DNA of 64,000 nucleotides. It comes from a virus. This document shows, piece by piece, positions 58,319-64,000 of the stretch (within the stretch, counting starts at the first letter, position 1; every line of letters starts with the position of its first letter). Location: the IMG/VR virus record IMGVR_UViG_3300010883_007299, positions 1 to 64,000 of that record; one strand, given 5' to 3'. The notes below the pieces were generated by a model. It saw only the letters and a list, made by a program, of their open reading frames with translations. It was not told the origin of the DNA and did not search any database. Both the position numbers and the translations under genes were made by a program.

Positions 58319-58332
58319 TATAAATATTTATC
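58319..58332. promoter_or_regulatory. Overlapping divergent late promoters
   Basis: TATAAATA on + (58319-58326) and GATAAATA on - (58332-58325). Confidence 0.6.
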
Positions 58333-59331
58333 ATGGCCACCTATGAAGAAAAAATGTATGCTGCACTATCTAGAGATAAAATAAATTTAGATATACACAG
58401 TAAGTGTACTTTAAAATGTAGTGGTTGTGCTAGAAAACAATATAATGATTATAAAATAAAAGTACCCGGCGAAAGAATGTCTATAGAATGTTTTAAAAAA
58501 ATCATAGAATTTTTTGTTTGTGTAAATTTTTGTGGCCAAATATCAGATCCTATATTACATCCAAAATTTCCTGAATTTTTAAAACTTACTTATGAAAAAG
58601 GAACCGAGGCCAGAGTGGCCACTGCTGCTTCTCACAAACCTTTATCTTGGCATAAAAAATGTTATGAAGCAAATCCAAAGGCAAGATGGATATTTGGTAT
58701 AGATGGTCTTCCAGAAGAAAGCCATAAGTATAGAGTTAATCAAGATGGTATAAAGGAATTTGAAAGAATGAAGTTATGTGCTGAAATGGGATTAGATACT
58801 TTGTGGCAATATATAATTTTTGATTATAATGAAAATCATGTAGATGAAGCCAGACAAATGGCTACCGATATTGGTGTTTGGTTTGTAGAGTTACGATCTA
58901 CAAGGTGGAATAAACAAACCATACATTTAAAACCTAAACAAGAAGATTCTTTTGGAGAAAAAAATCTTATAGAAAAATTACGTCCAAAATGTATAGAAAA
59001 ATTAGATAAACTTAAACCAGAAAGTTTGGCTAGACATGGACCAAAACAATTAGGTCATTCATCACTTGGATATCTTCTTCCTTGTTGTTGGCAAGATCCA
59101 TCAGCTATTAGAATTAAAGAAACTGAAGATATAAAAGATTTATTTCAAGATCATTTAAAAATAGAGAATGTAGATACTATAGAAGAAATTTTATTTTCTG
59201 ATGAATGGATAAACTTTTTTAAAGTATTGGTAACTGATCCAGAAAATGCTCCATCTAGCTGTCAAAGACGTTGTAAGGAGTTGGTAGTTGATGAACATGA
59301 CCGTATAATAACAAATGTAATAGTCAAATAA
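58333..59331 (+). CDS. Radical SAM protein with fused SPASM/twitch-like domain
   Basis: CTLKCSGC, CGQISDP, GYLLPCCW, CQRRC. Confidence 0.85.
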   Translation: MATYEEKMYAALSRDKINLDIHSKCTLKCSGCARKQYNDYKIKVPGERMSIECFKKIIEFFVCVNFCGQISDPILHPKFPEFLKLTYEKGTEARVATAASHKPLSWHKKCYEANPKARWIFGIDGLPEESHKYRVNQDGIKEFERMKLCAEMGLDTLWQYIIFDYNENHVDEARQMATDIGVWFVELRSTRWNKQTIHLKPKQEDSFGEKNLIEKLRPKCIEKLDKLKPESLARHGPKQLGHSSLGYLLPCCWQDPSAIRIKETEDIKDLFQDHLKIENVDTIEEILFSDEWINFFKVLVTDPENAPSSCQRRCKELVVDEHDRIITNVIVK

Positions 59332-60037
59332 ATAAATGATAATCTTTCCAATCGTGTGGTCTATTTTCGGATCGTGTGAAGTGTACCATTTTAATAAGTG
59401 GGAAAAATTCTCCACCTAGATAAATGTGATCGTAGCCAGTAACATCATTCCATTTTTTAGTAATACTCTCTTGCCACATCCAAGAGTTACTGCCTGCGGG
59501 CCCGTAGGCTGAAAAGTCAACATGAGCATTCCATCTAGTAAACCATTCGTCTGGTAAAGTAATCAACTCTAGACGTTTCTTAACTTGATCTTCCACAAAA
59601 TACTGTTCACCATTTACAGGCCCCACAGTTGTACCATTTTTAATATAGTGTCTTTGCCACTTCATGGGATCTGACATAAATTCTTCCCAAATATACTTAC
59701 ACTCTTTTGGATAGTACTTAAAAAATCCACCGTTAATCTTATAGTCACCTTTAAGAGCTCCACCCCACCAACCAGGCATAGCAAGAAATTGGCCATGTTC
59801 TATTGGATACTCAAACACTTCTTTATAGTCATTCACCAAAAGAATATCAATGTCCATAACACAGATAGGTTCATTGGTATCTATATTCATGCCTATCATT
59901 TTATTCCATTGAAGCCATACATCATCTTGTATAGGTACTCGTATCCAAATGATTTCGTAATCCGATAACTTTTTCTCTAGGTAGGTCTCATATTCAGGAC
60001 CATACTTATCACCTATTCTAACTATTATTATTTTCAT
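59324..60037 (-). CDS. Glycosyltransferase-like protein (GT-A)
   Basis: VRIGDKYGPEY, WNKM, DID motif, GEQ, HFT. Confidence 0.7.
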   Translation of the reverse strand: MKIIIVRIGDKYGPEYETYLEKKLSDYEIIWIRVPIQDDVWLQWNKMIGMNIDTNEPICVMDIDILLVNDYKEVFEYPIEHGQFLAMPGWWGGALKGDYKINGGFFKYYPKECKYIWEEFMSDPMKWQRHYIKNGTTVGPVNGEQYFVEDQVKKRLELITLPDEWFTRWNAHVDFSAYGPAGSNSWMWQESITKKWNDVTGYDHIYLGGEFFPLIKMVHFTRSENRPHDWKDYHLFI

Positions 60038-60897
60038 TAATCTTTCCAATACATACTAAAACGTTTATTAATCATGTGGTATAATTTAACATCTGGATTT
60101 AATTCTACATCTATTTTTAAAACTCTAGCGTGCCAATAATAATCTAAAAGAGATATTGGTACATTATTCTCAATAACTCTATATCCAAAAACAGTTTCAT
60201 TATCGAAACCAAAGTTTTGTCTTATGTCTATAGGGTACATACTATATTCATCTTCTTGGAGTTCTTTCATATACTCCATCAAATTTTCAAAGTCATCAAA
60301 GTAATGTAACTTAGCTATAGCATCTTTTGTGCCACCCATGATTGCTGTATTCCAAGCCCTAACATCCAAAGTTTCGTATTCTCTATAAGCTAACATAGCA
60401 TGAGCATTCCAATATTTGGAGATAGGATTTCTATTGTCATGTGAGTCCATTCTACCAATCATTAAATTAAAACGAGCGTCTTGTTCCGAATCTGCTAAAC
60501 AAACAGTATCTTCCACATTCCAAACATCAAAAAAATCTTCTGTGGTATTTGGTATTACGTCAAAGTCCAAATACAAAACCTTTTCATACTTCTTTGCTGT
60601 TTCTACAAACAACCAAATCTTATAAAAATTTAAAATGTCATAATGAGACATTGTTGGTTGAAGTTTATGCAACCAATCATAAAATTCTCTATACTCTTTA
60701 TCATCTCCAAATAGAATATAGTCTGCTCCAATAGCTTTAGCATACTCTAGATGAGCTGCAGATAACTTATTAGCATACTTCTTTAACTCTAATCGAGTAC
60801 GTTCACTTTTATTAATAGTATCCCAAGAGTAAGGTTTCTGTTCATCAATCTCACCAGGAGGAATATCTATGTAAAGACTATAAACTAATTTATTCAT
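60037..60897 (-). CDS. Glycosyltransferase-like protein (GT-A)
   Basis: FYKI, VLYLDFDV, WNTAIM, DNET, HMINKRF. Confidence 0.7.
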   Translation of the reverse strand: MNKLVYSLYIDIPPGEIDEQKPYSWDTINKSERTRLELKKYANKLSAAHLEYAKAIGADYILFGDDKEYREFYDWLHKLQPTMSHYDILNFYKIWLFVETAKKYEKVLYLDFDVIPNTTEDFFDVWNVEDTVCLADSEQDARFNLMIGRMDSHDNRNPISKYWNAHAMLAYREYETLDVRAWNTAIMGGTKDAIAKLHYFDDFENLMEYMKELQEDEYSMYPIDIRQNFGFDNETVFGYRVIENNVPISLLDYYWHARVLKIDVELNPDVKLYHMINKRFSMYWKD

Positions 60898-61126
60898 CTG
60901 GTCTTTCCAATTCAGCTTCTATTAAATGTTTAATAAATTGTTGAGGAGTAATTTCACTTTGGACTGCAGCAATAATAAATTCTGCCATATGTATTTCTTT
61001 TTCAATCCAAAACTTCTTTCTTATTAAATCTTCTAGTTGAATTTCATAACCTTCCAGTTCCTTTTGTTTCCGAACTTTGTTTTCTATGATGTCCGTAATC
61101 GAAATAATATTAGTTTTATTATCCAT
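60890..61126 (-). CDS. Hypothetical coiled-coil protein
   Basis: Overlaps both neighbours. Confidence 0.6.
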   Translation of the reverse strand: MDNKTNIISITDIIENKVRKQKELEGYEIQLEDLIRKKFWIEKEIHMAEFIIAAVQSEITPQQFIKHLIEAELERPDE

Positions 61127-61757
61127 TTAATTTATTCTCAAAAAAAACTTTCCACTGGTCAACATCTTCTATATACTTTTCATAATTTATATTCATCGGT
61201 TCAAAATTACTATGAGGTGTATCGACACTAAAAAATTTATTCAAATAAGTTTCATTTAAATCTTCATATTGTAAAATAGTATGTACTTGTTCTTCCAAAA
61301 TAGTATTGATTAAATCTACCTTTTTTTTAAAATCGTCAATAAACTTCATCACCGAAACATCATCAACTATTATTTTAAAATCATCAGGAATAATAATTTC
61401 TTTACCCGTGTAGTTGAGAAATGTATTTGTTTGATTCGCATACCGATGACTTATAAACATATCCCAAGGGTTTCTTTTAATAGTTAGTATGTGGTATCCT
61501 CTAAAATGTCGTATTAATTTTTCAATAAAATCAGGATCATCTGCTACAAATTGATCTAGAATATTAACTATAATTGGATGATGGTTTCCCATACTCTTTT
61601 CATTTCTAAGCCAAGTCCACATTTCTTCATCGGTAACACCTAGTTTAGTCACACGCAAATGTGGTAAAAAGTATTCTCCAATATGTATATCTCCTTTAGT
61701 GTAAGTATAAAGATAGTGAGTTCCCGTCCTACTCTGTGAAAGTATTTGATAAGTCAC
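61119..61757 (-). CDS. Sulfotransferase-like protein
   Basis: 5'-PSB-like SQSRTGTHYL, 3'-PB-like KRNPWDMFIS, YEDL. Confidence 0.7.
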   Translation of the reverse strand: MTYQILSQSRTGTHYLYTYTKGDIHIGEYFLPHLRVTKLGVTDEEMWTWLRNEKSMGNHHPIIVNILDQFVADDPDFIEKLIRHFRGYHILTIKRNPWDMFISHRYANQTNTFLNYTGKEIIIPDDFKIIVDDVSVMKFIDDFKKKVDLINTILEEQVHTILQYEDLNETYLNKFFSVDTPHSNFEPMNINYEKYIEDVDQWKVFFENKLNG

Positions 61758-62605
61758 AATACATCTTCAAACCTTTTATTGATAACATGAATCATGCGTG
61801 CTAAAGGATTGAGATCACCTATCCTTTCTTGGTCATATATGTGATGCCAGTTATCATCCATAATGTGAACATTTATATTTTTACTATAGGTTAGGTATGA
61901 CATTATAGATTCATTGTTTATACTGAAACTTTCTCTAAGATCATTTTTTCCATATTTAGCTACCGTTCTTTTCCATACTATATCTTTACACATCGGCCAA
62001 AAGTAATCTCCAAAATAATCTAATTTATTTACATGATCTCTATTGATAGCTATTATCCCAGTATTCCATATCTCTGGGTCCATATCATTATTTAACAATT
62101 CTTTTGTAATAGCATATTTCATTAACGGCGATCTAGATGATGGTTTATATGTTGCTAAAAAATTACGTTCTTGAGTTTTATACAAATACTTTTCTCTCAT
62201 TTCATCCAGGCCCGTAGCATTCTGCGGTGCTAAACATATGCCATTGGACAAATCAAACTCCTCAAAAATATTTTCATCAGTATTTACCAGAACATCAGAA
62301 TCTAAATATAGTATTTCGTCATAATCATATTTGAGTTTATCTAAACATAGTATCTTAAAATTATTGATTGTTTGGTAATGTGTTACTTCTGGATCTATGT
62401 TTTTTAATTTCTGATAAAATTCATCATACCATGGAGCGTCACGTTGTATTATAACATAATTAGCATCACACTTCCATGCATAATCTTCCTGATTATGCCG
62501 TATAATATCATGGTACTCTTTGATTTTAGGAAAGTAATCTTTACCCCACGGTTCATCATCATACTCAGATAAATCTATATAAACAGAAAAGACAACCCGT
62601 TTCAT
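61754..62605 (-). CDS. Glycosyltransferase-like protein, paralog of 60037-60897
   Basis: VFSVYID, ILYLDSDV, WNTGII, NNES, HVINKRF. Confidence 0.7.
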   Translation of the reverse strand: MKRVVFSVYIDLSEYDDEPWGKDYFPKIKEYHDIIRHNQEDYAWKCDANYVIIQRDAPWYDEFYQKLKNIDPEVTHYQTINNFKILCLDKLKYDYDEILYLDSDVLVNTDENIFEEFDLSNGICLAPQNATGLDEMREKYLYKTQERNFLATYKPSSRSPLMKYAITKELLNNDMDPEIWNTGIIAINRDHVNKLDYFGDYFWPMCKDIVWKRTVAKYGKNDLRESFSINNESIMSYLTYSKNINVHIMDDNWHHIYDQERIGDLNPLARMIHVINKRFEDVL

Positions 62606-63264
62606 TTTTTAATTCCAAATGACATATATCTTTCATGGTCTCCCATAGAAGTGGGCCACGGTTTTGTCAAAGAAACATATTCATCAAAGTGCCAATGGTA
62701 TCTATCATTAAATTCTTCTTCTGATTCCGAACAGTTTATATGTTCTTGCAAACCAAAGAAATTATTGCTCTGAAAAATAAATATAGTTCCAGACTCAGCT
62801 GTATCTATTGTATGATTTACTATTTCTTGTTCCATATGTTCTGTTGATGTGTTTATAATTATATCATAAGAATCATCAAAATTTATTTCAGCAACATCTT
62901 TTATACGAAATTTAATAATATCTTTATCCAACGGTTGAAATCCTTTGTCGGATCCCACTCCATGTAGTATTTTTCCTACTTTCTTTGTCATATAATCCAT
63001 ATCAAAAGACTCTATTAGTTTTATTTCAACTCCTAATTCCTCTATAAGAATATGGGCTAATAAACCATACCACCCACCCAACAAAGCAATGATATAAGAA
63101 CCATCACGTTTACCATGTTTATAAAGATACAAGTTAAGTTCTTCTGCTAACCATCTCTTACTTAGCCATTGTGTTTCATTACAACTATTAAGATAATCCA
63201 ATACTCTACCTGGATATTTTCTTATTAATTCTTGTAATGCTTTTGTATTTTCAAAATCAATCAT
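62602..63264 (-). CDS. Class I SAM-dependent methyltransferase-like protein
   Basis: SKRWL, LLGGWYG, DIIINTSTEHM, QSNN...HINC. Likely start 63264. Confidence 0.7.
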   Translation of the reverse strand: MIDFENTKALQELIRKYPGRVLDYLNSCNETQWLSKRWLAEELNLYLYKHGKRDGSYIIALLGGWYGLLAHILIEELGVEIKLIESFDMDYMTKKVGKILHGVGSDKGFQPLDKDIIKFRIKDVAEINFDDSYDIIINTSTEHMEQEIVNHTIDTAESGTIFIFQSNNFFGLQEHINCSESEEEFNDRYHWHFDEYVSLTKPWPTSMGDHERYMSFGIKK

Positions 63265-63868
63265 AACGTTGGTTCCATAAAAATATAGGTGCTTCGTCAT
63301 TTGGTTCTTCTTGTTGCCAACTAGCAACATGAATATCTTTTAAAAGTTTATAAGATACATTTTCATTATAGATAAAACCATCTATGCCTTTATACAACCG
63401 CAAATAGGTATCACGATTGGACATAAACTGTTTAAAAATAGATTCAGAACTCCACCATCTCATAAAAGAACTATTAATTCTAGTATCATTGTACAATCTA
63501 AAACGAAAAATATCTTTATCAAACACAGTAGCTACATGAAGTTCATCACACCGTTTTGATTTCCATCTTGAAGAATCTATTAAAGTAAATTCTTGAAAAT
63601 CTGTAAACAAGAAATCTATATTCTTTTTTATCTCAATATCTAAATCAAAAAAGATAGATGGCCCAGTAAATTCTAAAAGAGCTAGTTTATGCCATACACC
63701 TCTCAAGTAAGGATACTTAACAGGTATATCATATTCACTTTCTGGCTGGTCAGTATAACACCAAAATTTTATATCTAATGTGGTATTAGATTCTACGTTA
63801 TCTTTTAAACGTGTTACAAAATCTCGGTTATACTTATCACCCCACTTAACACAATAAACATTATACAT
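63257..63868 (-). CDS. Glycosyltransferase-like protein, paralog of 59324-60037
   Basis: CVKWGDKY, WHKL, FFDLDI, NSSFMRW. Confidence 0.7.
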   Translation of the reverse strand: MYNVYCVKWGDKYNRDFVTRLKDNVESNTTLDIKFWCYTDQPESEYDIPVKYPYLRGVWHKLALLEFTGPSIFFDLDIEIKKNIDFLFTDFQEFTLIDSSRWKSKRCDELHVATVFDKDIFRFRLYNDTRINSSFMRWWSSESIFKQFMSNRDTYLRLYKGIDGFIYNENVSYKLLKDIHVASWQQEEPNDEAPIFLWNQRYD

Positions 63869-64000
63869 TCAATTTATCAAATTCTACAAGTACTTTAAGT
63901 TTGTTTGGAGCTTTTCTTATCTTGGCTTTTTGTTCTTTATTTTTATTCTTCTTCACTTTTTCCATTTCAAAAATAGCCAATTTTAATTTAAACAATTCTT
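63861..64000 (-). CDS. C-terminal end of a basic hypothetical protein (partial)
   Basis: Manual translation ...ELFKLKLAIFEMEKVKKNKNKEQKAKIRKAPNKLKVLVEFDKLNV*. Confidence 0.6.
   Translation of the reverse strand, partial: ELFKLKLAIFEMEKVKKNKNKEQKAKIRKAPNKLKVLVEFDKLNV

Noticed and set aside
1-64000. CRISPR array, tRNA, rRNA, integrase or transposase
   Set aside because: I saw no regularly spaced repeats, cloverleaf or recombinase motifs, and intergenic gaps are short. tRNAscan was not run.

Overview
A 64-kb segment of a large T4-like myovirus genome (marine/aquatic type, resembling cyanophage/pelagiphage gene order), almost all on the minus strand. From left to right it holds: (1) a replication/recombination block (gp44, gp45, gp46, gp47, gp55, uvsW, uvsY) interspersed with accessory genes (orphan HigA-like and DUF4338/DruA-like genes, a miniature type IV pilin, Hsp20, radical SAM/SPASM genes, peptide deformylase, 2OG-Fe(II) oxygenase, nucleotide-salvage enzymes); (2) the head, tail and packaging core gp23 to gp13; (3) a large fibre region interrupted by a tetrapyrrole operon (heme oxygenase, PcyX-like bilin reductase, hemE, hemC); (4) three RCC1-repeat proteins and a beta-helix fibre sharing an N-terminal motif; (5) an AT-rich island of modifying enzymes (B12-radical SAM, SET domain, PP-loop, GNAT, radical SAM, four glycosyltransferase-like genes, sulfotransferase, methyltransferase). 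Best candidates for new biology: the apparently late-expressed porphyrin-to-bilin operon among virion genes, the phage-encoded pilin in the clamp/clamp-loader operon, the GNAT/PP-loop/SET/B12-rSAM cassette facing a small basic late protein, and two copies of an unrecognised structured RNA motif. All protein calls come from motif recognition by eye; no database search was run.
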